A DNA stretch of 64,000 nt from Nemertoderma westbladi (GCA_032718475.1 JAUCBJ010001861.1:141851-205850), one strand, 5' to 3'; positions 1-14,820 are shown, counted from the first letter of the stretch. The notes: a model not told the origin generated them from the letters alone. Program-made: numbers and translations.

Positions 1-95
1 AATGACGTCCAGGTGGGATCGAAAAGGTAACCTCCGGGTTGGAAGTCTGACGATCATTGCCAACTTTGCAAAGCTGTGCCCAACAAAAGTTATAA
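1..95. repeat. Partial, rearranged copy of the tRNA-tailed dispersed repeat
   Basis: 1-52 is the reverse complement of the tRNA-like part of the 1713-2095 copy; 53-95 matches that copy's tail (ctttgcaaagctgtgcccaacaaaag) in forward orientation. Confidence 0.7.
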
Positions 96-142
96 TATGA
101 AACCACTCATTCACCCAATACACCAATAATAAATTATAAAAC

Positions 143-325
143 TATACCGGTCGCAATTCTCTATGGGTGAAACTGACCTACCTAAAATAGTAGCTAGAGT
201 GTATAATTTTCATCAATGGCCGTGATGGTTCATGGTTAATATACACTACCCTTTCATTGTAGTGAGTGGTTGAAGACGGCCAAGTGCGATAGGGTTGAGC
301 ACAGAGGCAGCATACTGTATGATGG
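143..325 (+). repeat. 5' part of the same dispersed repeat (truncated)
   Basis: Matches 1713-1895, e.g. ataccggtcgca...tggccgtgatggttcatggttaatatacactaccctttcattgtag. Confidence 0.8.
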
Positions 326-1055
326 TTTCTGGACTTTTAGCCTTTCTGTGGTTATTCTTACACTTTCGCTCGGTAGAGGTAAATCCAATTACCTCGGTAT
401 TGCCAAGTCGTTTATCTTTTACTCCCAAACGCTGGGGTTATTGATGGCCAGCAACTTATCTGTCGTAATACCGGGCTACGACGCTATTACATCCGCTGCA
501 AGATCGCTGTCCTTCAGATTTAGAGGTCTCCAATGCTTTCTACAGAATTTACAGAGCGAATCAACAAAAATTTCGTTGTTAGTTTCACTGCCTTACATCG
601 CAATTGGGATATTGCTTGTTTTTTTTATACTGTTTGTCATTTGTAAGCGATATTTGATCCCCGCAAGCCTACAGATGCCCAGCATCGCATATGGAATAAA
701 AGATCACTATCCTTTGTATTCCAACAAATATTGTATCCCCATAATCAACGCGCTCACTGACAGTGAATTATTACTATTACACAATCTTGGGGGTTTAGTT
801 TTGTCCATGTCTGGAATGGTGTCTTTTCCAATCGCTTTGAGGGGACTGAAGGGAATTCACCCAGCTGTATTGAGAAACTCTACTGGTTCGAACGACTACT
901 ATATGAAGCATTACCCCTCCATTCGCACGGGTACCTGGGAACATTATGCCATACTTGTTCCATCTGAGATATGTTGCGTACATTGGCATCTATTCATCTT
1001 AATAACTTGGCGATTGATTCGTGTCTACAAGGCCAAATACAACCATATCAAGTAA
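325..1055 (+). pseudogene. Possible exon or remnant of a multi-pass membrane protein
   Basis: ORF 270-1055 has several hydrophobic segments (FWTFSLSVVILTLSL, KSFIFYSQTLGLL, LLVSLPYIAIGILLVFFILFVIC). Its start lies inside a repeat and no family is recognised. Confidence 0.3.
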
Positions 1056-1310
1056 GTACACACATACGGTGAGTGCTCACCATTGTATGCACTTACCACA
1101 ATATACTATTATGTGAATCGTTGTTGTGAATCGTAAAATCTTTTGTGAACAGTGATCAGGTGTTTCCCGCATTATCACTGCAGGAATATTAGCCAGATCG
1201 TGCGGGCAAAATAATTGTTTCATTAGGTAGTTTACAGTCTCAACTGTGTATTCACAGCTAGTCTCAAACGTGTAATTAGTTATATGTATATTAACACCAA
1301 CATACAACAT

Positions 1311-1690
1311 ATTATTATAACTTTTCGTAGGGCACAGCTTTTGCAAAGTCGGCAATGATGCCCAGGTGGGATCGAACTATTGACCTCCGGGTTGGAAGTC
1401 TGACGCTTAACCATTCAGCTAGCGCCTCTTGTAAAATATAGACCTGTGGAAATTCTATTTGAAACCTTGTATGTCCGCAAATTACCTCCTCATGGCCTCC
1501 CATCTGTCAATACCATCATATGCTGCCTCTGTGCTCAACTCTACTGTACTTGGCCGTCTTTAACCACTCGCTACAATGAAAGGGTAGTGTATATTAACCA
1601 TGAACCATCACGGCCACAATGATTAATTATACACTCTAGCTACTAATTTAGGTAGGACAGTTACACCCATAGGGAAATGCGGCCGGTATT
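1311..1690 (-). repeat. ~380 bp dispersed repeat with tRNA-like 3' module, inverted copy
   Basis: Diverged reverse complement of 1713-2095 over the full length. Confidence 0.85.
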
Positions 1691-1712
1691 ATAATAAATT
1701 TATTATTGGTGT

Positions 1713-2095
1713 TATACCGGTCGCATTTCCCTATGCTATGTGTGTAAATGTCCTGCCAAAATTAGTAGATAGAGTGTATAATTAATCATTGTGGCCGTGA
1801 TGGTTCATGGTTAATATACACTACCCTTTCATTGTAGCGAGTGGTTAACGACGGCCAAGTGCGGTAGGGTTGAGCACAGTGGCAGCAGATGATGGCATTG
1901 ACAGATGGGAGGCCATGACGAGGTAAATTGCCGACACACAAGGTATCAGGTAGTATTTCCAGGTCTACCTTTTACCTGAGCCGCTAGCTGAATGGTTAGA
2001 GCGTCAGACTTCCGACTCGGAGGTCACCAGTTCGATCCCACCTGGACGTCATTGCCGACTTTGCAAAGCTGTGCCCAACAAAAGTCATAATAATA
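1713..2095 (+). mobile_element. ~380 bp SINE-like repeat with degenerate tRNA-like module (Pol III A and B boxes) near its 3' end
   Basis: A-box-like TAGCTGAATGG at ~1985 and B-box-like AGTTCGATCCC at ~2029 with tRNA spacing; stems pair poorly; four copies within 2.1 kb. Confidence 0.65.
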
Positions 2096-3799
2096 TTATA
2101 GGCACGAGGTCCGAGGCAAGACTGTAATGACATCATGTAAGCATAAAGTAAGTAATCGTTAACATCTCAAGAAGTTCACTCGTATTCCCACCCTAACCAT
2201 ACTCTACTAAAAGCTCCACAGATTCCATTTATGCAGATGGGAGGCTAGCGAACAATTTAAAAAAATGGATGTAAAAAGAGCGACTCGCGTGTCCATATGC
2301 CGTACCTATGAATAAAGAGTATACCAGTCGACTTGGTGTGTATACAAGTACACTTTCCTCTGTGGTTCGAAAGAACAGGTGACGGGGAGGGGTCTGGTTT
2401 AATGAGGGTATCCATTGTTGAAAGAGCAAGCCATGCCATTATGGATGGAGCCAAATGCTTTATTGAAGTCCATAAAGGATAGAATTGCAGGAAGGTTCTA
2501 TGATTTAATATATTACACCAATCTTCGTAGAAAAGGTAAAAAAACTACAAACAAAATTTGCGATGTGGCTGGACGGGATTGCATAGGTCTTGTTTGTATA
2601 GAGCTGTCGTTTGTGTCGAAGATTGCGGGAAGATATCCCATATTATTAAATCTGGCTTTCCAAAAAGAAACAGTATAACAGTAACACTGAATGTGCTCCA
2701 GAAATAACTCGAAAAAATTATATAAAACCTAATTTACATAGCGTAATTCTCATAAAGCTTCCATAAGCTGTGAGCCTAACCACAGCAATCTGGCCATGCA
2801 ATACCTATGGTCCTCAATCAAAACCGTATAGGCCTATATTACATGTTGTATACAATCAAACCGTAAGGCATAAATTGCCTTACCATTGGACATAATCATA
2901 ATTCTCCTTTAAGGGATGCCGCCGACGGGGCAAGCGTCATTAGATAGTGTGGCAGGCAGATTAGCAAGCTACTCGAAACATTTATTATACGGCTTCCAAT
3001 AAATATGTTTGGACAGTGTGGACAAGGAGCGTGTATGAGAGCGATGTAATTAACCAAACAGTAAAGCCAATGAGCTTTTAGGAAACCTGCAAACCATAAC
3101 GCACAAACAAAGCGATGTTGGTATGATATGAAGAGTTTGTCCCAACCCCCACATCCGCCATTCAATAGAGCCAGGACAATTTGCCAGAAACCCAAATCCT
3201 TATGCAATAAAGCAATATCCGCGGCTTATAAATTCCTTACCCCGAGGTAGAAGAACCCTGGTGGGTTTATTTAATGAATGAATGTTAGGTCCGCATATCC
3301 TTCCCTGGCGGTAATATATTATTCCTCTGTTATTCTAATGTAATTTCCAGGACGCCCTGCCCTTTCGCCACAGTGCGTTCTACACGCATAGATACTGAAT
3401 CCCAGTGGATAAAAATGACGGAGTGAGGCTCTGGATAGGCGAGGGCCTCGCAACGAGACTGTATGTATGGAGAGAACGGTAATCAGTGCTCCTAGTGTGA
3501 AAGAATTGAATAAAAAATATTCAATGTTAATTGAATAAAAGGTTATGGATAGACGTTCTGCGAATCCTGTCGCATTAATATTTAATATCCAGTCCACTTG
3601 GCAGTTACCTCCTACCTATTCTGTATTGTTCATTGTGAATAAAGGGAGCACGAAAATGTATTGAACTATGGAACACCGAGCTATAGTAGGTTGGTATTAG
3701 ACGTTGATAGGTAACTTGATAGTTGATGAGCTCCAACAATGATAGCAATACAGGTGTGGGGTGGTGCACTGGTGACGTTGCAGAGCAATAAAACAGGCC

Positions 3800-6700
3800 A
3801 GTTAATGGGAATATAGAAGGAAATAATGGCAAATATATAGGGGAATTAATGGGAATGTAGAAGGAAATAACGGCAAATATAGGGGAATTAATGGGATTAT
3901 AGAAGGAAATAACGGCAAATATATAGGGGAATTAATGGGAATGTAGAAGGAAATAACGTCAAATATATAGGGGAATTAATGGGATTATAGAAGGAAACAA
4001 CGGCAAATATATAGGGGAATTAATGGGAATGTAGAAGGAAATAACGGCAAATATATAGGGGAATTAATGGGAATGTAGAAGGAAATAACGGCAAATATAT
4101 AGGGGAATTATTGGAAATGTAGAAGGAAACAAAGGCAAATATATAGGGGAATTAATGGGAATGTAGAAAGAAATAACGGCAAATATATAGGGGAATTAAT
4201 GGGAATGTAGAAGGAAATAACGGCAAATATATAGGGAAATTAATGGGAATGTAGAAGGAAATAACGGCAAATATATAGGGGAATTAATGGGAATGTAGAA
4301 GGAAATAACGGCAAATATATAGGGAAATTAATGGGAATGTAGAAGGAAATAACGTCAAATATATAGGGGAATTAATGGGAATGTAGAAGGAAATAACGGC
4401 AAATATATAGGGGAATTAATGGAAATGTAGAAGGAAACAAAGGCAAATATATAGGGGAATTAATGGGAATGTAGAAGGAAATAACGGCAAATATATAGGG
4501 AAATTAATGGGAATGTAGAAGGAAATAACGGCAAATATATAGGGGAATTAATGGGAATGTAGAAGGAAATAACGGCAAATATATAGGGAAATTAATGGGA
4601 ATGTAGAAGGAAATAACGTCAAATATATAGGGGAATTAATGGGAATGTAGAAGGAAATAACGGCAAATATATAGGGGAATTAATGGAAATGTAGAAGGAA
4701 ACAAAGGCAAATATATAGGGGAATTAATGGGAATGTAGAAAGAAATAACGGCAAATATATAGGGGAATTAATGGGAATGTAGAAGGAAATAACGGCAAAT
4801 ATATAGGGAAATTAATGGGAATGTAGAAGGAAATAACGGCAAATATATAGGGGAATTAATGGGAATGTAGAAGGAAATAACGGCAAATATATAGGGGAAT
4901 TAATGGGAATGTAGAAGGAAATAACGGCAAATATATAGGGGAATTAATGGGAATGTAGAAGGAAATAACGGCAAATATATAGGGGAATTAATGGGAATGT
5001 AGAAGGAAAGAACGGCAAATATATAGGGGAATTAATGGGAATGTAGAAGGAAATAACGGCAAATATATAGGGGAATTAATGGGATTATAGAAGGAAACAA
5101 CGGCAAATATATAGGGGAATTAATGGGAATATAGAAGGAAATAACGGCAAATATATAGGGGAATTAATGGGAATGTAGAAGGAAATAACGGCAAATATAT
5201 AGGGGAATTAATGGGAATGTAGAAGGAAATAACGGCAAATATATAGGGGAATTAATGGGAATGTAGAAGGAAATAACGTCAAATATATAGGGGAATTAAT
5301 GGGAATGTAGAAGGAAATAACGGCAAATATATAGGGGAATTAATGGAAATGTAGAAGGAAACAAAGGCAAATATATAGGGGAATTAATGGGAATGTAGAA
5401 AGAAATAACGGCAAATATATAGGGGAATTAATGGGAATGTAGAAGGAAATAACGTCAAATATATAGGGGAATTAATGGGAATGTAGAAGGAAACAAAGGC
5501 AAATATATAAGGGAATTAATGGGAATGTAGAAGGAAATAACGGCAAATATATAGGGGAATTAATGGGAATGTAGAAGGAAATAACGTCAAATATATAGGG
5601 GAATTAATGGGAATGTAGAAGGAAACAAAGGCAAATATATAGGGGAATTAATGGGAATGTAGAAAGAAATAACGGCAAATATATAGGGGAATTAATGGGA
5701 ATGTAGAAGGAAACAAAGGCAAATATATAGGGGAATTAATGGGAATGTAGAAAGAAATAACGGCAAATATATAGGGGAATTAATGGGAATGTAGAAGGAA
5801 ATAACGGCAAATATATAGGGAAATTAATGGGAATGTAGAAGGAAATAACGGCAAATATATAGGGGAATTAATGGGAATGTAGAAGGAAATAACGGCAAAT
5901 ATATAGGGGAATTAATGGGAATGTAGAAGGAAATAACGGCAAATATATAGGGGAATTAATGGGAATGTAGAAGGAAATAACGGCAAATATATAGGGGAAT
6001 TAATGGGAATGTAGAAGGAAAGAACGGCAAATATATAGGGGAATTAATGGGAATGTAGAAGGAAATAACGGCAAATATATAGGGGAATTAATGGGATTAT
6101 AGAAGGAAACAACGGCAAATATATAGGGGAATTAATGGGAATATAGAAGGAAATAACGGCAAATATATAGGGGAATTAATGGGAATGTAGAAGGAAATAA
6201 CGGCAAATATATAGGGGAATTAATGGGAATGTAGAAGGAAATAACGGCAAATATATAGGGGAATTAATGGGAATGTAGAAGGAAATAACGTCAAATATAT
6301 AGGGGAATTAATGGGAATGTAGAAGGAAACAAAGGCAAATATATAGGGGAATTAATGGGAATGTAGAAGGAAATAACGGCAAATATATAGGGGAATTAAT
6401 GGGAATGTAGAAGGAAATAACGTCAAATATATAGGGGAATTAATGGGAATGTAGAAGGAAACAAAGGCAAATATATAGGGGAATTAATGGGAATGTAGAA
6501 AGAAATAACGGCAAATATATAGGGGAATTAATGGGAATGTAGAAGGAAACAAAGGCAAATATATAGGGGAATTAATGGGAATGTAGAAAGAAATAACGGC
6601 AAATATATAGGGGAATTAATGGGAATGTAGAAGGAAATAACGGCAAATATATAGGGAAATTAATGGGAATGTAGAAGGAAATAACGGCAAATATATAGGG

Positions 6701-9118
6701 GAATTAATGGAAATGTAGAAGGAAACAAAGGCAAATATATAGGGGAATTAATGGGAATGTAGAAAGAAATAACGGCAAATATATAGGGGAATTAATGGGA
6801 ATGTAGAAGGAAATAACGTCAAATATATAGGGGAATTAATGGGAATGTAGAAGGAAACAAAGGCAAATATATAGGGGAATTAATGGGAATGTAGAAGGAA
6901 ATAACGGCAAATATATAGGGGAATTAATGGGAATGTAGAAGGAAATAACGTCAAATATATAGGGGAATTAATGGGAATGTAGAAGGAAACACAGGCAAAT
7001 ATATAGGGGAATTAATGGGAATGTAGAAAGAAATAACGGCAAATATATAGGGGAATTAATGGGAATGTAGAAGGAAACAAAGGCAAATATATAGGGGAAT
7101 TAATGGGAATGTAGAAAGAAATAACGGCAAATATATAGGGGAAGTAATGGGAATGTAGAAGGAAATAACGGCAAATATATAGGGAAATTAATGGGAATGT
7201 AGAAGGAAATAACGGCAAATATATAGGGGAATTAATGGGAATGTAGAAGGAAATAACGGCAAATATATAGGGGAATTAATGGGAATGTAGAAGGAAATAA
7301 CGGCAAATATATAGGGGAATTAATGGGAATGTAGAAGGAAATAACGGCAAATATATAGGGGAATTAATGGGAATGTAGAAGGAAAGAACGGCAAATATAT
7401 AGGGGAATTAATGGGAATGTAGAAGGAAATAACGGCAAATATATAGGGGAATTAATGGGATTATAGAAGGAAACAACGGCAAATATATAGGGGAATTAAT
7501 GGGAATATAGAAGGAAATAACGGCAAATATATAGGGGAATTAATGGGAATGTAGAAGGAAATAACGGCAAATATATAGGGGAATTAATGGGAATGTAGAA
7601 GGAAATAACGGCAAATATATAGGGGAATTAATGGGAATGTAGAAGGAAATAACGTCAAATATATAGGGGAATTAATGGGAATGTAGAAGGAAACAAAGGC
7701 AAATATATAGGGGAATTAATGGGAATGTAGAAGGAAATAACGGCAAATATATAGGGGAATTAATGGGAATGTAGAAGGAAATAACGTCAAATATATAGGG
7801 GAATTAATGGGAATGTAGAAGGAAACAAAGGCAAATATATAGGGGAATTAATGGGAATGTAGAAAGAAATAACGGCAAATATATAGGGGAATTAATGGGA
7901 ATGTAGAAGGAAACAAAGGCAAATATATAGGGGAATTAATGGGAATGTAGAAAGAAATAACGGCAAATATATAGGGGAATTAATGGGAATGTAGAAGGAA
8001 ATAACGGCAAATATATAGGGAAATTAATGGGAATGTAGAAGGAAATAACGGCAAATATATAGGGGAATTAATGGGAATGTAGAAGGAAATAACGGCAAAT
8101 ATATAGGGGAATTAATGGGAATGTAGAAGGAAATAACGGCAAATATATAGGGGAATTAATGGGAATGTAGAAGGAAATAACGGCAAATATATAGGGGAAT
8201 TAATGGGAATGTAGAAGGAAAGAACGGCAAATATATAGGGGAATTAATGGGAATGTAGAAGGAAATAACGGCAAATATATAGGGGAATTAATGGGATTAT
8301 AGAAGGAAACAACGGCAAATATATAGGGGAATTAATGGGAATATAGAAGGAAATAACGGCAAATATATAGGGGAATTAATGGGAATGTAGAAGGAAATAA
8401 CGGCAAATATATAGGGGAATTAATGGGAATGTAGAAGGAAATAACGGCAAATATATAGGGGAATTAATGGGAATGTAGAAGGAAATAACGTCAAATATAT
8501 AGGGGAATTAATGGGAATGTAGAAGGAAATAACGGCAAATATATAGGGGAATTAATGGGAATGTAGAAGGAAATAACGGCAAATATATAGGGGAATTAAT
8601 GGGAATATAGAAGGAAATAACGGCAAATATATAGGGGAATTAATGGGAATATAGAAGGAAATAACAGCAAATATATAGGGGAATTAATGGGAATGTAGAA
8701 GGAAATAACGGCAAATATATAGGGGAATTAATGGGAATATAGAAGGAAATAACGGCAAATATATAGGGGAATTAATGGGAATGTAGAAGGAAATAACGGC
8801 AAATATATAGGGGAATTAATGGGAATGTAGAAGGAAATAACGGCAAATATATAGGGGAATTAATGGGAATATAGAAGGAAATAACGGCAAATATATAGGG
8901 GAATTAATGGGAATGTAGAAGGAAATAACGTCAAATATATAGGGGAATTAATGGGAATGTAGAAGGAAATAACAGCAAATATATAGGGGAATTAATGGGA
9001 ATATAGAAGGAAATAACGGCAAATATATAGGGGAATTAATGGGAATATAGAAGGAAATAACAGCAAATATATAGGGGAATTAATGGGAATGTAGAAGGAA
9101 ATAACGGCAAATATATAA
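3800..9118. repeat. 44 bp satellite, ~120 copies (ggggaattaatgggaatgtagaaggaaataacggcaaatatata)
   Basis: 44 bp periodicity read directly; purine-rich plus strand; a few recurring variants. Confidence 0.98.
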
Positions 9119-10691
9119 TACTGTGACTGATGACGTCATCGCCATATAGACATGATTCGATAAGTTAGAAATAGTTACAATTATACTTTGAAAAATAAAT
9201 GCATTGAATAAATACCAATTAACAAACTATATGACGGTTAAATACAAACATTTAAGTTTGTATTATAAGTACTTTTATTATGATGAAACATTCTAAAGAA
9301 AAGCGGTGGTACAATACAATTATTATAACTCATTTCAATTTATTATAATATAAAGTATTACTAAATGTGAAGGAATACAGCATTCTAATAATTTACGCAA
9401 CATCCGATACTTTAACGCACTCTTTGTCTCAATAATCTCTGAAGGTCATTTATTTCCCGGGCTACATAGGAAATCAGTTGCGCCGTCGCAAATGCCTGAC
9501 TAAACATAAAAAAAATCAGAGCAGGCTCCACTGCCCAGTCCACAACTAAATGCCAGTCATCTATTTTAGATTAAAAAATGTACAAACTTTGGAATAAAAA
9601 CGAAGGATAAAATAGATCAGGCAATTAACATCATCTCATATACTTTCTATCCGAAATAATAATCTTGAATTAAATAAACCTCTAATAGTATATAATATAA
9701 CATTAATAAGAAATTATATAGTTCCAACGAATTGGGGTAGAAAGAAACCAACGCGTGTTTGTTAAACGAGCAGATCTTGGGATCAATCTCGGTCCATTGA
9801 TAAACAACCGACCGACACACAGGCAGCCCGGGTTATAAATGGGAGGCAATGAGCGGGGGGATGTCCTATATTATAATTATTTATTATATAAGGTGAAGAG
9901 ATGGACCTAATTAAGTGAATATAACGATTAATAACGGTGGCAATAACGTCCCAACAACCGAAGCTGCCTAGCTAACCGTTACAGATCTCTAACTCTTAAA
10001 CATTTTCTACGCTGATATTTGTCTTATAAATATCCTGAATACCAGAAATAAATTCCTGGTATTACAGTGTACGGATTCACGAGGTGTATTATCTTGGACC
10101 TAAAGGATAGGACATTTGTTTGAATTATCATATAACTTACATTTACAACGCGTACTATTATGTAATAATAGATCACTAGAGTGAGGTATATATATATTGG
10201 GCTCTAAAATAATGCTGTTCAAATACGTTGAACCGGTGCGGTCCCGGTATACTGAAAAATTTACAGTCAGATGTCACAAGGGCATTGAAACAAGTGTGAC
10301 AAGCTATTAGTGTCAGACTATTAATTATAAACAAAACAATAAACGATAATCAATAGCACATTATATATATATAACAGTTTAATTTGTGATCCTAATCAGC
10401 TGTTATTTACGACATTAACCTGATGTCTTAATACGGTAACTTAATACGGATAGGCCACGCAACTCCGGTTGTTGGTGTACGAAAGTAATTAATTTACTAG
10501 AGATGCAACAGTAAAGCCAGCCCGCTGGATTAGCCAATCAACTAGTAACTGCGGTCGTAAAGTCAACCGATCCAAACTTCGATCCAAACCAGCTTTATAA
10601 ATCAACCGCCCAAACTATAGTATCTCAATCAACCCACTATAATGACCCAGTTCCCTCCCGCCCAGCCCACCCGATTCCCGACGGCTCCAAC

Positions 10692-12446
10692 TCAACTCCG
10701 GTTGCTCGTCTTCCCCGTCGCGATCAACTCGTCGGCACGTCGATGCGCGTCCAACGCGCGCTGTGTCGCCACGTCCGGCGGCAGGTCGGACCGTCGACGC
10801 AACGCCGCCGACCCCGTCGACGTGCCGCTCGCCGACGCCGTCACCCCCGTCCCCGAGCTCGGGAGGTTGGCGAGTTCTACGCGGGGGTCCGCCTCCGAGT
10901 CCGTCTGATCGAACGCGTTCGCAACCTCAACTAAATCCAAATTCTTAAACTGTTTTGACACGGGGTTAGCGACGGCCATGCGGAGGATGGTGGACCAAGC
11001 GCGATCCCTCGACGCCGCTCGCTCCTTCTCGCTCGCGCGATCGCGTTTGTACGAGTTGACGCACTCGTCGAACATCCTCTGATTGATTTCCATAAAGAGC
11101 TTGAGCGCGTTGTAGATGAGCCCATGGATCGTCTTATTCCAGTGGGTCTTGGAGTTGCGGTAGAGCGGCGCGAACATGATGGGAAGGATAGTGGCGACGT
11201 TGTCGTTGACCAGACTGAGGATATACTCGTTGTTCCAGAAGTAGAGAGCGCGCTCGGCGACCTGGAAGTGGGGCGATGAGACGCATTTGGCGAGCTGACG
11301 GAACAACGGCACCTGGATCTTAATGAACTCCTGAGGATCGATAACGTCGAGAATTTCTTCCATCTCGTTGAGGAACATGACTTCCTTGGGGCTGTGGACT
11401 TTAGGCCAGAACTTGAGGAGCCCCATGACGACGGGCTCGGTGAGGGAGGGGTCCTTCTCGAGGAACTGGACGACGCAGTAGGCCAGCTGGGGATGGTAGA
11501 CGGACAGCGACTTAACCTTGTGTAGCGGTATGAGGACCTTTAGCAGGAATACCTTATGCTCTTCCTTGAGGGGCAGGGCGAAGCCGTTGATGATACTTCC
11601 CAGGATCTCGAGGAGCTCTGCGATCCCGTTGTGTTTCTCAGTCTCGTAGACGAAGCTATAGAATATGTTGTTGATCTGTTTGCGGATGTAGGCGCGAAGA
11701 CCGAGGAACTTGCCGTAGATGCGATGCAGCGTTGTCTTGAGGAAGTCGCGTTCGCGCGGATCTTCCGTGTCGAAGAGTTCGAGAAGTTGGTAGACGAAGT
11801 TCTGGTCGATGTGCCGCTTGGCCGTCTGCGGCGTGAAGTCGGGGGACTCTAGAAACCGGAGGAAGAACTCGTACACTATCTGGAGATGCGGCCAAGCAGC
11901 CTCCAACGAGGGTTCGTCCTCCTCGGGATCAAATTCGGCGCCACTCGGGTTAGAGTTGGGCGGGAGGGTGCGGAAGGCGTTGACCCGGAACACGTTAACA
12001 GCCTCCGGGTAAACCGCTTCCGTGATGACGCCGCGGTTGTGGGTAACGTATTCGACTAGCTCGTTGAGGGCCGCGCGTTTAATTTCCTTCATTTTGAGGT
12101 CGCTGAGCGGATCGGTGACGAAATCGAAGAGGACGCAACACTGACGCAGTTTCTGGATCATCATATCTTCGCGTTCAGAAGCAGCTGTATCTCGCAGCAA
12201 CGGTAGTTTAGTGAGTTCCCGGTTGCGGGAGAGATTAAACCTCGAGGAACTCTGTCGCTTGGAGCGGGATACCCGGGGGTCGGCGGGGCCCGCGTAGTTG
12301 ACTTTGTTTAGTTGCGTCACTGGCGGGGGCGGCACATTGAGTCGGGCTGCGGAGTCCGATGGCGCCGGCGCTGCCCCGCTGCTTCCAGGAGTCGCAGTGC
12401 TCGATTTACTGCTCGAGGACTTCCCTGGTTTCTTTCCAGTAGGCAT
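10692..12446 (-). CDS. PPP2R5C/D: Protein phosphatase 2A 56 kDa regulatory subunit (B56/B'), gamma/delta type; intronless, 584 aa
   Basis: B56 motifs [100 protein letters not shown]; RQSSSRF and LRRRSDLP fit the gamma/delta subfamily. Confidence 0.97.
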   Translation of the reverse strand: MPTGKKPGKSSSSKSSTATPGSSGAAPAPSDSAARLNVPPPPVTQLNKVNYAGPADPRVSRSKRQSSSRFNLSRNRELTKLPLLRDTAASEREDMMIQKLRQCCVLFDFVTDPLSDLKMKEIKRAALNELVEYVTHNRGVITEAVYPEAVNVFRVNAFRTLPPNSNPSGAEFDPEEDEPSLEAAWPHLQIVYEFFLRFLESPDFTPQTAKRHIDQNFVYQLLELFDTEDPRERDFLKTTLHRIYGKFLGLRAYIRKQINNIFYSFVYETEKHNGIAELLEILGSIINGFALPLKEEHKVFLLKVLIPLHKVKSLSVYHPQLAYCVVQFLEKDPSLTEPVVMGLLKFWPKVHSPKEVMFLNEMEEILDVIDPQEFIKIQVPLFRQLAKCVSSPHFQVAERALYFWNNEYILSLVNDNVATILPIMFAPLYRNSKTHWNKTIHGLIYNALKLFMEINQRMFDECVNSYKRDRASEKERAASRDRAWSTILRMAVANPVSKQFKNLDLVEVANAFDQTDSEADPRVELANLPSSGTGVTASASGTSTGSAALRRRSDLPPDVATQRALDAHRRADELIATGKTSNRS

Positions 12447-14404
12447 AGCGTTAGAATAAATAAAGAGTTAATCTGAGATTATTATTATTAACCGACAAAA
12501 CAACAATTTATGGCCGTTACATTACTGTTACAAATTTATCTGCATGTCTGTATGCAGTATGTATGTACGTACAGGTATGTGTATTGTGTAGGCCCTACTG
12601 CTGTACTGTGTGGGATTGGCCTACGGTCAACGGTACCGTCCCGGTCTGCCGCTGCCGGTACTCTACTCTACCCTTTCTGTCAGTCTGTCTGTATGCTGGT
12701 ATGTATACTGGTAGCCTATATGTCAGACAGCCAGATGTCATGTCACCAGTAAACGGATATAAAACACGGTCTGCCTTAACCAGTTAACACCCACACCTGC
12801 TGCCTACCTGCATGCACAGGAGTGCACAGCCGACTTTCACCCAACCACAAAATAAAACTACTGTCACACTGTACAGTGTAGCCTACCATGCAACCATGTA
12901 CCGGTACACTTCCTCGTTCCTCGTACATCAACATCAGTCAGTCAGTCAGTCAGTACATAAACTAATTGCTCCGCACAGCGAAGCGAACAGCCGCAGTCTG
13001 GCAGTTTGGAGCAAATCACTGAATCAGCAAATGCTGAAATGCGAAATGCCATAGGTCTACATAATTATTTGGAATTCTTGCATGGCCGCGGGCAGTGTGA
13101 CGTCAACTTCAAGTCAGCCACCCTATAACTGTCACTGTATAACAGTATAAGGTTGCATTAAATTGTAACTTTATAATCCAGTTAAGAATCTATTCAACGA
13201 CATGTCAAGTCAACGGTTTTGTGTTGTTGGTCTTACTTGGGTTTGGGTGGGGGGTACCGGTAGTGTTTTATTATAATAGATGTAGGCCGATGATCAATTC
13301 TCAAGTTTATATATTATTATACGTCCATATTACTGCATTATATTATACTCTATCGACACTATGGATCGACCGAATTTAAAATTTGGCCGAACCGGAACCG
13401 AACCGAATTTGAAAAAAAATTCGGCAAATTCGGTAGGCCTACCGAATACCGAATATTGAAATATTTGACACTAAAGTGCCAAAGTCATAATATTCAATTT
13501 TAATTTTAAATCTAAAAAATTTGTCAAAAAATTCAGTTTTTACTAAAAGAAAGGTGTGACGGGATCTACGGAAGATCCCGATTTATCCGGTTTGGTTTCT
13601 AGTTCACGCGTCCCCACCGTGTGTGAAAGATATAAAGAGTTCTGGGTTATTGATCGATCGATGTATATAAGTTCGGGATATAATATAATAGAGATAATAG
13701 CACAAAATGGTTGATGTATGATGTAATGTACCGGTAGGTGATATGTACTGGTGACGGTAGGCGGAGACGGTAACTAGAGTTCCGCTACTGTCCTAACTAG
13801 CTGACTTACTACAAGTGAATGAAATATTGCATGGACCGGTAATATATTGCACAGTTGGCCATATTGCTCTACCCAGTCGATGCTTCCCCCCTATTGGCTA
13901 ATATCCTAATTGTCGCCCCTTTACCTTCCCTGGAGTGTTTCCCATTACTCCTGTTATTCCCTCTCTCTCTCAGGGGTGTAACCTCGGACCCCTTTGTGCG
14001 TATGTCCTCTGGGGTTTCCTTGTCCCCACTTTATTGGGGTGGTACGAGGTTGATATTGGGTATCAACCTCGTGTTCCCAATATTGGTTAAAGCTCACTTT
14101 ATGGGGCTGGTTAGCGGAATTGAATACGCTAACAAAAGGGGGAAAATCGGCTATGGTACTACCCGGTACTGTAAGAACTACTGAACTACCGGTACGGTTT
14201 TTGTTGGTCCATCTAACACTAATCTAACAGGGTTGAGTAAGTGATTAACATAGTTTCTTAATCCTGTATTCCGTTATTATTGTATATATTCATAGGCCTG
14301 ACAGCTGGACGGATTGACAGTGGACAGTCCACTACAGCACTGTCAGACTGTGCAGTGTGCATGCATATGCAAATTACCAATATTACTGAATGTAATAATT
14401 ACTT

Positions 14405-14820
14405 ATTCCAGTATTGCATGAGAAAAAGTAGAACTTTTTTTCACTATTCTCGAGGCATTTTATTTAAGCCTACCGACACCGAGCAGCCGAGCGTCACCGA
14501 CTGACCGAGGTCTGGAGGTTAATAGGCCTAAAGGATCAAGATAATATTGGAAAAAAAATGTTCTACGTTTTTTCCCATGTAATACGTAATTTTATTCTTA
14601 AATTATTGGAATAAAAAATAGAGTGAAAGGCATATGGCTGCATAGTGTTACAAAATAAATTGAGATGTAGTATTTTACTATATTGCTTCCATAGTTACTG
14701 CAATTCAAATTACTGCACTCTTCAACTCTGGATCGTTCCTTACTCAATGTTAAATCAGTAAATGATGGAGTGTTCTCAAATAATTATTACGTATAACTAA
14801 AGCTGCAGAGAGCAGCTTAA
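14405..14820. repeat. Dispersed repeat with palindromic core (TATTACATGGGAAAAA...TTTTTCCCATGTAATA family)
   Basis: Related sequence at ~52675-53360, ~55080-55230 (inverted), ~63590-63775, and the flanking part at ~39860-40330. Confidence 0.7.

Noticed and set aside
1978-2052. Functional tRNA-Gly(TCC)
   Set aside because: Acceptor, anticodon and T stems pair poorly and the module is part of a larger diverged repeat.
2229-3832. Short ORFs as a gene
   Set aside because: No recognisable domain or consistent splice structure could be assembled; may be decayed coding sequence.
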